Part shown: in pieces, positions 10,189-20,061 of the stretch
How the letters are laid out: every line of letters begins with the position of its first letter
Position numbering within the stretch: position 1 is the first letter of the stretch
Origin: Fibrobacterales bacterium
Lineage (GTDB): Bacteria > Fibrobacterota > Fibrobacteria > Fibrobacterales > JAOPTW01
Assembly (NCBI GenBank): GCA_051532055.1
Contig: JAOPTX010000001.1
Coordinates: 19,638-83,637 of the forward strand
DNA length: 64,000 nucleotides
Reading direction: 5' to 3'
Notes under the pieces: model-generated
The model's database searches: none
What the model was told of the DNA's origin: nothing
Seen by the model: the letters and a program-made list of their open reading frames with translations, nothing else
Translations under genes and position numbers: made by a program

Positions 10189-10794
10189 CTAGTAAGAAAG
10201 TACGCTATTGACTTGAACGTCATCAATGATGGGGTCTAAAGTGGATGCAGTTTCATTAAAGAAAAAGAGATATACAAGTCCTGCAACGCCAGCAGCTCCA
10301 AGGACACCACCTGCTACTTTTAGTCCGTTACCTGATACAACAGATGCTGATGATGATTGAAAAAATTCTTCAGAGATCATGTTGAGATTTTTGCTAATTC
10401 CGCCATCAACGTAGTTATGAGCAACAGTTACAGTTTTACCCGCAGTTACATCAAATAGTTCACAATGTACAGTAGTTGTGCCATCTTTCTTCTCAATAGA
10501 AGGAATGATGAGATAATCAGTTTCAAGAGCGGTACCAAGCTCTTTTTTACAGCTTGCTTCACAGCGAGTAGGAACCATAACGCCTTTGCGCTCAAGCATC
10601 GAGTCACGTTTGCGGAGACTCATAACGTTCACTGCGTCATTTACGGCTAAAATGGTGATAAATCGTTCTTGGATATCTTCGATAACAGCAGAGTTTTCAA
10701 TGCCTTGAGCATCAAAATCAAGTACCGATGCGGTAGGGGCATCTGCAAAAAGAGCTGAGGCTGTCAAAGTAAGTGCTACGAGTAATGAACGCAT
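10189..10794 (-). CDS. Secreted protein with CsgG/TolB-N-like domain and C-terminal hydrophobic helix
   Basis: Likely start MRSLLVALTL (ATG at 10794, GGAG upstream); signal peptide, SVLDFDAQG, C-x3-C-KELG-AL-TDYLI pattern, C-terminal GGVLGAAGVAGLVYLFFF; 8 bp from the next gene. Confidence 0.6.
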   Translation of the reverse strand: MRSLLVALTLTASALFADAPTASVLDFDAQGIENSAVIEDIQERFITILAVNDAVNVMSLRKRDSMLERKGVMVPTRCEASCKKELGTALETDYLIIPSIEKKDGTTTVHCELFDVTAGKTVTVAHNYVDGGISKNLNMISEEFFQSSSASVVSGNGLKVAGGVLGAAGVAGLVYLFFFNETASTLDPIIDDVQVNSVLSY

Positions 10795-10906
10795 TGTATC
10801 TCCGGTGGTATAAAATTTCGAATGCCTAGTAAATATGGTTAATTTCGGGTATTTATTCAATGAAAGTAAACGGGATATTACATGAATAGTGATGGTTTTT
10901 TGAGGG

Positions 10907-10926
10907 ATTGTGATGTGGGTCACAAT
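10907..10926. promoter_or_regulatory. CRP/FNR-family-like operator (TGTGA-N6-TCACA)
   Basis: ATTGTGA-TGTGGG-TCACAAT, perfect consensus core, between divergent genes at 10794(-) and 11122(+). Confidence 0.6.
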
Positions 10927-11121
10927 GAGGGGATGGGGATACATTAATTAAAGGCTTTACTCATAGGATTATAGAGCCTTTGGGCAAAAAATGTGTATCA
11001 TGGAATATGAATGTAGGGACTACAAAAGGGTATTACCAGATTCAATAGAATCATTAAATGCTCTTTGGAGAGAGGGCCTTGAGTTATTACTTTTATAAAA
11101 AAACTAAAAAAGACTCAGGTT

Positions 11122-11715
11122 ATGAAATTTCTATTTGCTTCGGTTCTCTTTTCAATGATAATTGTCGGTTGTGGGAGAACTCCGGTTAAAGTTGGTAATG
11201 TTGATGAATCCAAGCTCGTTGATTGGAAAGAGATCCGTGATATGGGACTTGAAAAATCAGTTGAGAAATATTTGGGTAAGGTTATTACTGTTACTGATTT
11301 ACACTCATTAGGATTTAAGGCAAAAAATGAAGAGCGGGGGAATGCTTGTTTAATTTCATTTAGACCACAAGAAGCTAAGAATTGGTCAAAAGAAGGTGTC
11401 TTGCCAGGGGAAGGTGATAGAATTATCACTCCTGAGGGAATAAATGAGACAGGAATCAGTATTTTCTTTAATTATGGATCGGAAGCAGTGAGTTGGACGA
11501 AACATTCGAAAATACGAATAGATTCGACTGATAATTCAGAAATTATTTTTCTCCCTAGTCATGACTTTTGTGGTAGGTGCCAATGGGATGAGGAAAATGA
11601 TAATTTGTGCGTTGAAGAGAGTCCAATGCTTAAGGTCACCGGAAGGGTAATAGCTATGCGCTCAATGAAGGGCATTATTGGTTTAGATTTAATCCCTATA
11701 GGCTATGAATATTAA
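11122..11715 (+). CDS. Lipoprotein of unknown function, copy 1
   Basis: 197 aa, lipobox IIVG-C; near-identical to 12210..12803. Confidence 0.85.
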   Translation: MKFLFASVLFSMIIVGCGRTPVKVGNVDESKLVDWKEIRDMGLEKSVEKYLGKVITVTDLHSLGFKAKNEERGNACLISFRPQEAKNWSKEGVLPGEGDRIITPEGINETGISIFFNYGSEAVSWTKHSKIRIDSTDNSEIIFLPSHDFCGRCQWDEENDNLCVEESPMLKVTGRVIAMRSMKGIIGLDLIPIGYEY

Positions 11716-12803
11716 GGCTCTCAAAACTTACTCATATAATTAGTTATCCTTATGATCTATGAGTTCGGGCACAATTTTTTCTAGAAAAACCTTCTTGTTA
11801 GTTAAAACAGTTTTTAATAAATACTAATCGATCATTTTTTAGGGGGGGGCTGGGGAATTACAAGAAATACTTTTCAATGTTCTTTGGTGTATATTGAGAA
11901 AAGATCGCTAGATAATTAGTGGCTCACTCCATCTCTGCTTCAGAGTGCACCTTTAGATTTTACATATATTGATCATAAAAACATAGTATACTCGTTTTTT
12001 GCACTGAATATAATTTCTTCGCCCATCCCCCTTTTTAGTCTTTTCTTCTATCCATCTTGTGAAACTTAATATGATTGTAATGGTCCTATATTTACCTCTT
12101 TCTATATACAGAGGATTCGGTCTCTATTAGGCTCTGGTTATAAGCTATTATAGTTGCAACCCATATTGATATTATTACATTTAAACAAAACTCTTCTAAT
12201 GGATTAATAATGAAAAAGTTAATTGCTCTTTTAATTGTATCAATAGTATTGATTGGCTGTGGACGTACACCAATACGTGTTGGTAATGTTGATGAATCCA
12301 AGCTCGTTGATTGGAAAGAGATCCGTGATATGGGACTTGAAAAATCAGTTGAGAAATATTTGGGTAAGGTTATTACTGTTACTGATTTACACTCATTAGG
12401 ATTTAATGCAAAAAATGAAGAGCGGGGGAATGCTTGTTTAATTTCATTTAGACCACAAGAAACAAAGCGATGGCAACGTGAGGGATTATCACCTAGTGAA
12501 GGGGATTGGGTCGTTACATCTGAAGGCATTCATGCTACTGGATTCAGTATTTTCTTTAATTATGGATCGGAAGCAGTGAGGTGGACGAAACATTCGAAAA
12601 TTCGTATAGATTCGACTGATAATTCAGAAATTATTTTTCTCCCTAGTCATGATTTTTGTGGTAGGTGCCAATGGGATGAGGAAAATGAGAATTTGTGTGT
12701 TGAAGAGAGCCCAATACTTAAGGTCACCGGAAGGGTAATAGCTATGCGCTCAATGAAGGGCACTATTGGTTTAGATTTAATCCCTATAGGCTATGAATAT
12801 TAA
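11191..12803 (+). repeat. Direct repeat of lipoprotein gene body (11191-11715 vs 12279-12803, offset 1088 bp)
   Basis: 11191-11373 and 12279-12461 differ at one base; 11456-11715 and 12544-12803 differ at about ten scattered bases; the intervening ~80 bp and the signal peptide codons are divergent. Confidence 0.95.
12210..12803 (+). CDS. Lipoprotein of unknown function, copy 2
   Basis: 197 aa, lipobox VLIG-C; paralog of 11122..11715. Confidence 0.85.
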   Translation: MKKLIALLIVSIVLIGCGRTPIRVGNVDESKLVDWKEIRDMGLEKSVEKYLGKVITVTDLHSLGFNAKNEERGNACLISFRPQETKRWQREGLSPSEGDWVVTSEGIHATGFSIFFNYGSEAVRWTKHSKIRIDSTDNSEIIFLPSHDFCGRCQWDEENENLCVEESPILKVTGRVIAMRSMKGTIGLDLIPIGYEY

Positions 12804-12972
12804 TCTATTGGAATTATAGAGAAATTTACACCTAATATAATTGTAAATCGATCGAATTTTTTGTGGAACAATATGATGGTTGGATTGTTACTCAAAGGAT
12901 AATTAAGATTTTTTTTACAATGCTTCAGCGGTTATTCGATAGACAAAACGATTGAATTGTAGAATTGATGGC

Positions 12973-13013
12973 TCTATGGTTCGAATATTAGTCTTAAATA
13001 TTCGAACCATAGA
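12973..13013. terminator. 17 bp perfect inverted repeat, probable terminator between convergent units
   Basis: TCTATGGTTCGAATATT-AGTCTTA-AATATTCGAACCATAGA, 22 bp past the stop of 13036..16575; no clear U-tract. Confidence 0.6.
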
Positions 13014-13035
13014 ACTGTGTATTCGTCTTAAACAA

Positions 13036-16000
13036 TTATTTATGAGCTAAGGCAATTTTTTCAGAAATGATAAAGCGTTCAGTTTTGTCTCCATCACCAT
13101 CATCCTCTTTGTGACAGCCCACAAAAAGGTACTCTTCTCCATCTTTCAAGGCAAACTGCGGAAAGACTTCCAAATCATTCGTACCCCATTCATTTTCCGC
13201 TTCAGAGTGCGCCTTTAAATTGTGCATTTTATTTATATCAAATCCAATTGTAAACTGGTTTTGAGTATTAAGTACAATTTCTTGTGCAATCCACTCTTTA
13301 GCTTTTTCTTCTTTTCCATCCATTTGACGGTATTTAATAGGGTCATCGCCTCGTAAAACAAAAGTATCATCTTCTCTCAGGCGAATAAATATTTTGGTAT
13401 CATTGAAGTTCTTAACAGTCACATCCCAATATATCATAGAGCTTTTTGTACGTGAAGTATTAAGTTTACAGTTAACAAGTTCTGGGAAGTACAATTTCAG
13501 ATCAGCTTCCAATTTTCTTTCCGGAGCTTTATCATCAGGGTTGATCCAAAGATTAATTTTTGAATATTCACCCTGAGCATCTTTAGAACGCCCTTTTGAG
13601 CAATACTCCAATAGTTTTCCAAGGTCAAGGTCTTTACCTGTTTCACTGTCCTTTTGTACTTCTCTAACGTACTGAGAGCCTTGAGAAAGAGTAAATTCAC
13701 TTCTTAACCAGTTTTTAAATTCATCATAAGTGTCAGTATCAATGTTTTTTTCATCAACACACGAGATATTTTTAACTAATGCATCTTTAGTTGTTTCCCC
13801 ATTCTCTGTACCATAAATTAAACCAGTACCTTTGCAATTACTTAATTCGGTGTATCCTGCATACCATTGAATGGAATCACCCCATTTAATTCCGGCAGTA
13901 GGAGTTTGCCATAAATAACTATTAATAGTGAAACGCCCTTCTCCAAATCGAAAATAATAACTCGGCACATTAAGAGTATTACCCAAAAATTTTGCTTCTC
14001 TAAGTAACACCGCAGTACCTTTATCGACTTCAACAAGGTTTGCATTGGCAACACTTGTTTGCCAGCTTAGAATACTGATCTGGGCAAAAGCAGGTGCATT
14101 AAACGAAAGTTTCAATAGAGAAGGATCAAACCCCCACCGGCTCTTTTCTTTAGGATCAGTTTTAGTATAATCCATTTCAAATTCAACACCGGCGACTGCA
14201 TCTAATTTAAGTGCAGCACCAATATATACATGGACATCAATCCAACTAAATACTTCCTTAATGATATTGCCCATTTGAAAATTAGTTTTGTCGTCTTCTA
14301 TACCATGTTTCATAGCATCTGGTAGAACGTCCTTACCATTTTTCTTTTTATAGGCGCTTCCTTTGGCTCCTGGCATGCTAGAGAGTTTTCCCCAAGCTGC
14401 ATGGAGGTCAAGTGTGACTGAAAATTCAGAAAGGCCTTCTGCTTCATTGCCACGAAGGCCGAAGCTCATTTTCATTTTGTCGAGGTGTTTTTCAAAAAGA
14501 GAAAGCTCTGCTCCACCAGCATTTTTTGCTTTATCTAAAAGAGCTTTTTGCTCTTTTGCAGTCTTGGCATCTTTCCAGGTGAGCTCGAATTCAACGAAGG
14601 CTTCGATTTTAGCTTTAAGTTTTAATATAACAGCATATATTAACCATTGCATATAGGGAATGGGAAGGGGACGGCCTATTGGAGCGGGGAATTGTTTGAT
14701 TTTTTCCCCCTCAATAAGAGGAAAGGTGATTGGTATTTTAGTCACCTTCTCAGCTTTCATCACACTTTGTGTAAATGAGGCAAAAACACCACGAGCCATT
14801 TTCCCAGCAGAATCTCTATCGGGTTTTTTCCAAAAAGGCTTTTTCTTTCCTTCCATTAAATCTTGAAATTCTTGGGCTTCTTCTTTACGGGTTTTTAAAT
14901 GTTCAATATAATGGGCGGGTGTTTGACAGAGCATCAAATCGGTTATTTGATCATAAAGAAATTTGGTAAAACCATAGGTTTTAGGATGCTTTTTTTGAGC
15001 GTTATCCATTGTATCAAAGAATTTCTTGGATAAATTTTGTGCTTGCTTTAAGACCTCTTTTTCATCCCATTTTTTAGGGGCCTCTCCTTCCTTGGGTAAT
15101 TTTTTTGATTTTTCGTCTCCAAATTCATTGAATCCCCAAATGGCGAAACTGGTAAAAACTTCAGATGCCTTTAAAAATTTCATGAGATCAATCACTTGAT
15201 CAGAACACTCTTTTGCTATCTCACTATCTGATTTAACTTTACCTGGTTTTTGCTTGTAGTTCTTAATAAGGTGTTCCGAGTAAGCTTGAGCAAACCTGTT
15301 TATAATGACCCAAACAATAGAAGTCCCAAACCATATGGCAGGATTAACTGAATGCTCTTTCTCGGTTTCTTTTGTAAGCTTTTGAAGCTCTTTATCCATA
15401 TTTTCAAGAGCTTCAATCATGTCTTTAGGATAGAGTCCAACATAAAGGAGGTTTTTTCGTTTCTTTTCTCCGTCGTCGCCCTTTTCTATCTTATAATCTG
15501 TAAGTCTTGCACGTCTCCATGAATGATTAGGAGCAAGCTGTGGATTGTAGGTTTTTGTTCCGGGAACACCTTTGATGGCATCCTGACTATTCATGCTATC
15601 GACAATTCCAACAGCGTCATTATCCTCAGGATTCATCTCCCAGGGAATGTCGGGGTTTCGTGCCCATACTTTAAGCCAGCACCCACATTCAAAATGGTCA
15701 AGATACTCTTTACCTGCTGCGATACTTGATTCATTCCGAGCTGCGACAAGTTCTTTAAATTCTTTTTTGGTATATCGGTTTTTGACAATTGCATTCAGTT
15801 TATACCGAATAATTCCTTTATCGCGATCCGATTCATCAAGCATTACTTTAAGCTTACTGTCAACTACGCCACCACTAATAAATGGATCTGCTTTTATAGC
15901 AGGTGAACCATTATTACCCAAAATTTTAGCTTCGAACCAACCTGAACGGGGGGCATCATCAACTACAAATCCATTGTTAATGGCTCGTCTACTTTTGTTC

Positions 16001-16575
16001 CCACCTATGGTGGCTGGTTGTAAAAAGGCCCAAACATCAACATTGGGATAAATAGTTGAGCCGATGAATGTTGATGATGAAATTTCTACTATAATCCATT
16101 GTTGTACAGCATTAACAATTTTTCCAACTACCAATCGTTCTTCTCGGTTCTCTTCTTTTTCAGCTTCGACATGTGCCCAGGGTGCACCGAGTTGTTCGTA
16201 TTTCTCAGGCTCTTTTTTAGACGAATCAAAAAAGAATAAATCATCGTACATATATGAGTTGAACTTATTTGGGAAGAATTTCTTCATGAAATCTTCTTTT
16301 TCTTCCTCCTCTAAAGCTTTTGATTGCTCTAACATAGCTTGACGCAATGTTTCGGTGGTATCATCTTTTAAATGATCAGGTTCAAAAGGCGAAACAAAAA
16401 TTTCAGAACCCATTTTTTTGAAATCATCTAAATCAGGTTCATGGAGTTTTGGTAAGGATGCTTTATGAGTGAAATCATTATCATCCTGATTATTCCAGAA
16501 AATCTTAACTGAGTTCCACCCACCTTTTCCTGTAGGTTGCTTAATAGATGTTGAAGTAGAGTTTGAATTTGACAT
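13036..16575 (-). CDS. Large hypothetical protein, candidate T6SS cargo effector
   Basis: 1179 aa, no signal peptide, last gene of the tightly coupled DUF2169-PAAR-LysM operon; no family recognised; effector role is inferred from context. Confidence 0.55.
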   Translation of the reverse strand: MSNSNSTSTSIKQPTGKGGWNSVKIFWNNQDDNDFTHKASLPKLHEPDLDDFKKMGSEIFVSPFEPDHLKDDTTETLRQAMLEQSKALEEEEKEDFMKKFFPNKFNSYMYDDLFFFDSSKKEPEKYEQLGAPWAHVEAEKEENREERLVVGKIVNAVQQWIIVEISSSTFIGSTIYPNVDVWAFLQPATIGGNKSRRAINNGFVVDDAPRSGWFEAKILGNNGSPAIKADPFISGGVVDSKLKVMLDESDRDKGIIRYKLNAIVKNRYTKKEFKELVAARNESSIAAGKEYLDHFECGCWLKVWARNPDIPWEMNPEDNDAVGIVDSMNSQDAIKGVPGTKTYNPQLAPNHSWRRARLTDYKIEKGDDGEKKRKNLLYVGLYPKDMIEALENMDKELQKLTKETEKEHSVNPAIWFGTSIVWVIINRFAQAYSEHLIKNYKQKPGKVKSDSEIAKECSDQVIDLMKFLKASEVFTSFAIWGFNEFGDEKSKKLPKEGEAPKKWDEKEVLKQAQNLSKKFFDTMDNAQKKHPKTYGFTKFLYDQITDLMLCQTPAHYIEHLKTRKEEAQEFQDLMEGKKKPFWKKPDRDSAGKMARGVFASFTQSVMKAEKVTKIPITFPLIEGEKIKQFPAPIGRPLPIPYMQWLIYAVILKLKAKIEAFVEFELTWKDAKTAKEQKALLDKAKNAGGAELSLFEKHLDKMKMSFGLRGNEAEGLSEFSVTLDLHAAWGKLSSMPGAKGSAYKKKNGKDVLPDAMKHGIEDDKTNFQMGNIIKEVFSWIDVHVYIGAALKLDAVAGVEFEMDYTKTDPKEKSRWGFDPSLLKLSFNAPAFAQISILSWQTSVANANLVEVDKGTAVLLREAKFLGNTLNVPSYYFRFGEGRFTINSYLWQTPTAGIKWGDSIQWYAGYTELSNCKGTGLIYGTENGETTKDALVKNISCVDEKNIDTDTYDEFKNWLRSEFTLSQGSQYVREVQKDSETGKDLDLGKLLEYCSKGRSKDAQGEYSKINLWINPDDKAPERKLEADLKLYFPELVNCKLNTSRTKSSMIYWDVTVKNFNDTKIFIRLREDDTFVLRGDDPIKYRQMDGKEEKAKEWIAQEIVLNTQNQFTIGFDINKMHNLKAHSEAENEWGTNDLEVFPQFALKDGEEYLFVGCHKEDDGDGDKTERFIISEKIALAHK

Positions 16576-16577
16576 AG

Positions 16578-17687
16578 TTACTCTTCGTTTAAGTCAGTTC
16601 GATAAGGAGGGACACGCGGTCCTGAAAGTGAGGCAAGGTCAGATGAATCAAGGTCAGATCCTGAAGGGCCTTCTTGCTGTAAGTTTTTCAAGTATGCTTC
16701 TCGGGAATATGCGGTTCCATCTGTACGGTTAAAGGTGAATCCTTGAATACCGTAGCTTACTGGTATACCCTCAGGAGCTACAAGGAGTACTTGAGAGTAA
16801 TCATCAATAGAAAATGAATAGAGGGGGGTGGCTTTAGTATCGACAATATATACATCAAAAAACTTCTCATCTGAAAACTCAATCGGTTCTCCAGCAGGAT
16901 TTAATAGACTCACTGATAAATATCCGCCTGGATATTTCCAAGACTTCCCGTTGAGGTATTGTTTATCCCATTGATAGAGTATAAATGTTGCTACGAGGGG
17001 GTTTTCAGAAATTGAGGGTATTGTTAACGTTGTATTCTCAGGGATGACATCGCTATTGTCAAAAACTCCTTCATTAGCTTCGAGAATAATTTCCCAGCTA
17101 GGTAAAGAATATTCTTGAGCAATTCCTTTTAGGGAGTCACCTTTAAGACTTGTATAGGTCGTTTCTATTTCTGGGCCATTTCCTGCAGATTTGTTTTTTT
17201 CAAGAAAATGGTAAAATGCCTTAAGCATGGTCTCATCAAAGCTTTCAAAAGTGAGAGGCTGATTATTTTCATTGACACCTGTTATTTCATGCCAAATGGG
17301 CATGTCACCATTAAGGTATCCTGCAAAGGTGAGCAGTTCACCTAGTTTTTGAACAGATATTATGTGGGGGTGATTGTCATGAAGTGGATAAGGAAATGAG
17401 TCAAGATTGTTATTACTTTCCAGCTCTGTATCGGATGCTTCAGGAAGAATCATAAACCGTGAAGGCATAAGGTTAGGATTGTTTACCGTACTTTCTAAGT
17501 CAACTAATTCACAGAGTGCAGGGTAATTTAGATTACGAACACCCTGTAGAGCAGTTTCGTAACCTGATTCGTCTTCAATTTTTATGAGCCTATCAGCAAG
17601 CCATTTAATCGTTAGCTCTGGCTTTACAACTACTTTCTGCTCACCTGACTTAACTGATTCCTTAAAATTATCTTTTAATCTAGCCAT
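16578..17687 (-). CDS. LysM domain protein with putative peptidoglycan-binding-like domain
   Basis: TYTSLKGDSLKGIAQEYSLPSWEIILEAN...DVIPENTTLTIP is a LysM motif; upstream KLGELLTFAGY...ITG...FDETMLKAF resembles PG_binding_1; no signal peptide. Confidence 0.72.
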   Translation of the reverse strand: MARLKDNFKESVKSGEQKVVVKPELTIKWLADRLIKIEDESGYETALQGVRNLNYPALCELVDLESTVNNPNLMPSRFMILPEASDTELESNNNLDSFPYPLHDNHPHIISVQKLGELLTFAGYLNGDMPIWHEITGVNENNQPLTFESFDETMLKAFYHFLEKNKSAGNGPEIETTYTSLKGDSLKGIAQEYSLPSWEIILEANEGVFDNSDVIPENTTLTIPSISENPLVATFILYQWDKQYLNGKSWKYPGGYLSVSLLNPAGEPIEFSDEKFFDVYIVDTKATPLYSFSIDDYSQVLLVAPEGIPVSYGIQGFTFNRTDGTAYSREAYLKNLQQEGPSGSDLDSSDLASLSGPRVPPYRTDLNEE

Positions 17688-18778
17688 TATTCAACCTCCT
17701 CAGGCAACACTTCAACAGTTGCTCTACCAGGTGGAACATCTTCCAACATAATGTTACCATCACCATCTGTTGTAGCTTCAACAATGGCGCCAGTCGCAAA
17801 ATGGACTTTCACATTTCTATCTGCAACAGGATTTTCTTCAGGGTCTACAAGTGTCGTTTCATAAGTAGAAGTAACCTTAACAGCAGAAGCAACAGCTATA
17901 AGATGTTCGGCAGTCATAAAACAGTTGAGTGAACTCACTTCTATATCATCTTGACTAACAACCATATCTATATGATCCTCAGTCAACGTCCAACTCACCT
18001 CAATAGCCTCACCAGAAATACTTGCATCAATAGTCTCAAGTACATGCTGATCCTTATTATTCACCAGAGCCATAACTTGAACTTTACACGGCCCATCCTC
18101 AAAACCAGGCGCTTCACAAGTAATAGTAACTGCTTCATCTTGTTTCACAGGGTCAGCGCCAATCTCAGCATTACATAAATCCTTAACTTTTATCTCAACA
18201 CTTCCAGCATCTGGGTAGCCTTCATAATGTGCAGTACCTTCAGAATTACTGGTACCAATGAGCTCTTCACCAGCTGGGTCAGTCATCGTATAGGGAACAC
18301 CATTTACCGGTTTACCGGCTGCATCTAAAAATTCAATATCAACAATGTGAAGCTCTGTGGGCTCTGCAAGTTCTTTTACTTCAACAGCAGATATGCCACC
18401 AGGACCTTTTGTTGCTGCTTTAGCGGCACTCGCTGCGGCAGCTGCGGCGCCACCGCCTCCACCTCCGGCACCAGGGCCGATAAGAACGGTCATCTCACCA
18501 AGAATTATGGTAGATGGGGGGCCAACACAGACAGCCATGTCACCCATTACTGCTGCGGGCATTTTACCAATGAGTACGGTTGGGGAACCGGGACCACTGA
18601 TAGGACCGCCAACATGGGGTATAGGGGCAGGCGCAGGTGTGGCCATCGGACACATATGCATATCTGTTAAACGGGCTGCAGGCATTTTTCCGATCATTAC
18701 TGTCGGACATCCTGGGCCACTGATCATACCACCGTGTGCGGTAGAATCCATGAGTCGTGCGGCTGGTTTACCGGCCAT
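17687..18778 (-). CDS. PAAR-domain spike tip protein with C-terminal beta-rich extension
   Basis: PAARLMD, PAARLTD-H-CP, PHVGGPI, PAAVMGD motifs; Gly/Ala linker; acidic C-terminal region with two D--G-PV...TT/SN--G segments resembling transthyretin-like adaptor domains. Confidence 0.92.
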   Translation of the reverse strand: MAGKPAARLMDSTAHGGMISGPGCPTVMIGKMPAARLTDMHMCPMATPAPAPIPHVGGPISGPGSPTVLIGKMPAAVMGDMAVCVGPPSTIILGEMTVLIGPGAGGGGGGAAAAAASAAKAATKGPGGISAVEVKELAEPTELHIVDIEFLDAAGKPVNGVPYTMTDPAGEELIGTSNSEGTAHYEGYPDAGSVEIKVKDLCNAEIGADPVKQDEAVTITCEAPGFEDGPCKVQVMALVNNKDQHVLETIDASISGEAIEVSWTLTEDHIDMVVSQDDIEVSSLNCFMTAEHLIAVASAVKVTSTYETTLVDPEENPVADRNVKVHFATGAIVEATTDGDGNIMLEDVPPGRATVEVLPEEVE

Positions 18779-19853
18779 TGAACACCTCCATGCCGAATTT
18801 AAAATCAGAAAAATCTTTCATAGATTCCACACCTTCATAAAAACTAGAAGCGCGCCAGACCAGGGTAAGTTGATTGGTCTCTTTGTGAATTTCTACGGTC
18901 TGAATAACAGTATCCATAATTTGAAGCCCGGTGCCGACATTAAGCCATGCCTTCATAGTAATACCGGGAAGTTTACATTCAAATTTGGGATGGTCTGCAT
19001 CCATGTACATCATTCTGATTGTTTCGTCGCCCTTGAGATACGGAAGTCGCATCCCTGTTTGGGCACTGTTGTAGAATAAGGGGTTGATTAAAGGGGTGGG
19101 GTCACCGAGGGACTGGGGATCAGCACCATTAGCCAGCTGTTCTTTTCTGGCCGCTTCATTAGCGATGTGTTGTTCCATGGGGAGTCCTGCGTGCAAATAT
19201 CGTGGGTAGCTATTTTTAGCTACAGGTCCCAACCCTACAGGGTCAGGTGCTTTTTTCCAATTGTTATAGTCTTTAAGAATTAGCTTCTCAGGAGTCAGTA
19301 AATTATAGGGATCTTCTAGATTAGGGAGTTCAAGCTCATGAAGAGATTCAGCCTTGTCTTTTACAACAAAGCCTTTGCCTGCAGGGTTCTTTTGATAAGT
19401 GTATTGTACACCTTCATCAGATTTTCCATCAATTCCACCATAGGCTAAACCGGAGTGAATAGGCATTTCATCAAATAATTCGGGTTCAGTAAACTCAAAT
19501 CCAAAAGGTGTTTTATTTACCTTTCGGTTTCCGAAAACTCGTATCTGTTTTATAAAGTTGCCAATGCCAACAGCGAGGTCAAAGTATTTTGCTCGCTTCC
19601 CATTGGGCGCTATTGCCTTACCTTTAAACAGAACATCAGTTGCAGGTTTAAATGCTACAAGATCTGATTCATGTTTAATGGGGTCGGTAATTGGGTTGTC
19701 ACCATAATATTCATCACTATCGTGAAAAGGAATGGGGGCATCTTTATCGATTTGAGCGATAAGACCATGTTCGAAATTGAATGTCTCTTTCCCAAGTACA
19801 GACAGTATGGGCGTACCGTCTGGTGATGTTCCTGGGATTATTCTCGTAAACAT
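18768..19853 (-). CDS. DUF2169 family T6SS accessory/adaptor protein (copy A)
   Basis: ESDLVAFKPATDV, VFGNR, AYGG, NPAGKGF, LPNLEDP, YNSA, L-LVWRA motifs; overlaps the PAAR gene start. Confidence 0.88.
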   Translation of the reverse strand: MFTRIIPGTSPDGTPILSVLGKETFNFEHGLIAQIDKDAPIPFHDSDEYYGDNPITDPIKHESDLVAFKPATDVLFKGKAIAPNGKRAKYFDLAVGIGNFIKQIRVFGNRKVNKTPFGFEFTEPELFDEMPIHSGLAYGGIDGKSDEGVQYTYQKNPAGKGFVVKDKAESLHELELPNLEDPYNLLTPEKLILKDYNNWKKAPDPVGLGPVAKNSYPRYLHAGLPMEQHIANEAARKEQLANGADPQSLGDPTPLINPLFYNSAQTGMRLPYLKGDETIRMMYMDADHPKFECKLPGITMKAWLNVGTGLQIMDTVIQTVEIHKETNQLTLVWRASSFYEGVESMKDFSDFKFGMEVFNGR

Positions 19854-20061
19854 AGTTTTAGTTCCAAAAGTTTCTTCAATAGGTAAAACAAAATATCAAC
19901 TCGCTGGGTTAAAAAGCAATTATTCTAAATACACTGTGTATACCAATAAGGTCGTCACTGTAGTTGTTAATAAAAAGTTTGACACTCTTTTTCAAAATAA
20001 AATGCTTCCCACTGCTCAAGTCTTAAACAGTTAGGAGTAAATTATATAAAAAAAAGGGTGA

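Noticed and set aside
11000..11098. 32-codon ORF (MEYECRDYKRVL...) before lipoprotein copy 1
   Set aside because: Too short, no clear RBS or recognisable homology
11842..11849. G8 homopolymer between the lipoprotein copies as a phase-variation site
   Set aside because: Short, intergenic and ~360 bp from the next start; no evidence of variability from a single sequence
11122..12803. Duplicated lipoproteins as DGR template/variable repeats or a CRISPR-like array
   Set aside because: Both copies are intact genes, differences are not adenine-specific, and no reverse transcriptase, cas genes or spacer structure are in the window
18357..19079. 240 aa plus-strand Pro/Ala/Gly-rich ORF
   Set aside because: Antisense shadow of the GC-rich PAAR and DUF2169 genes; its poly-Pro/Ala mirrors the PAAR Gly/Ala linker
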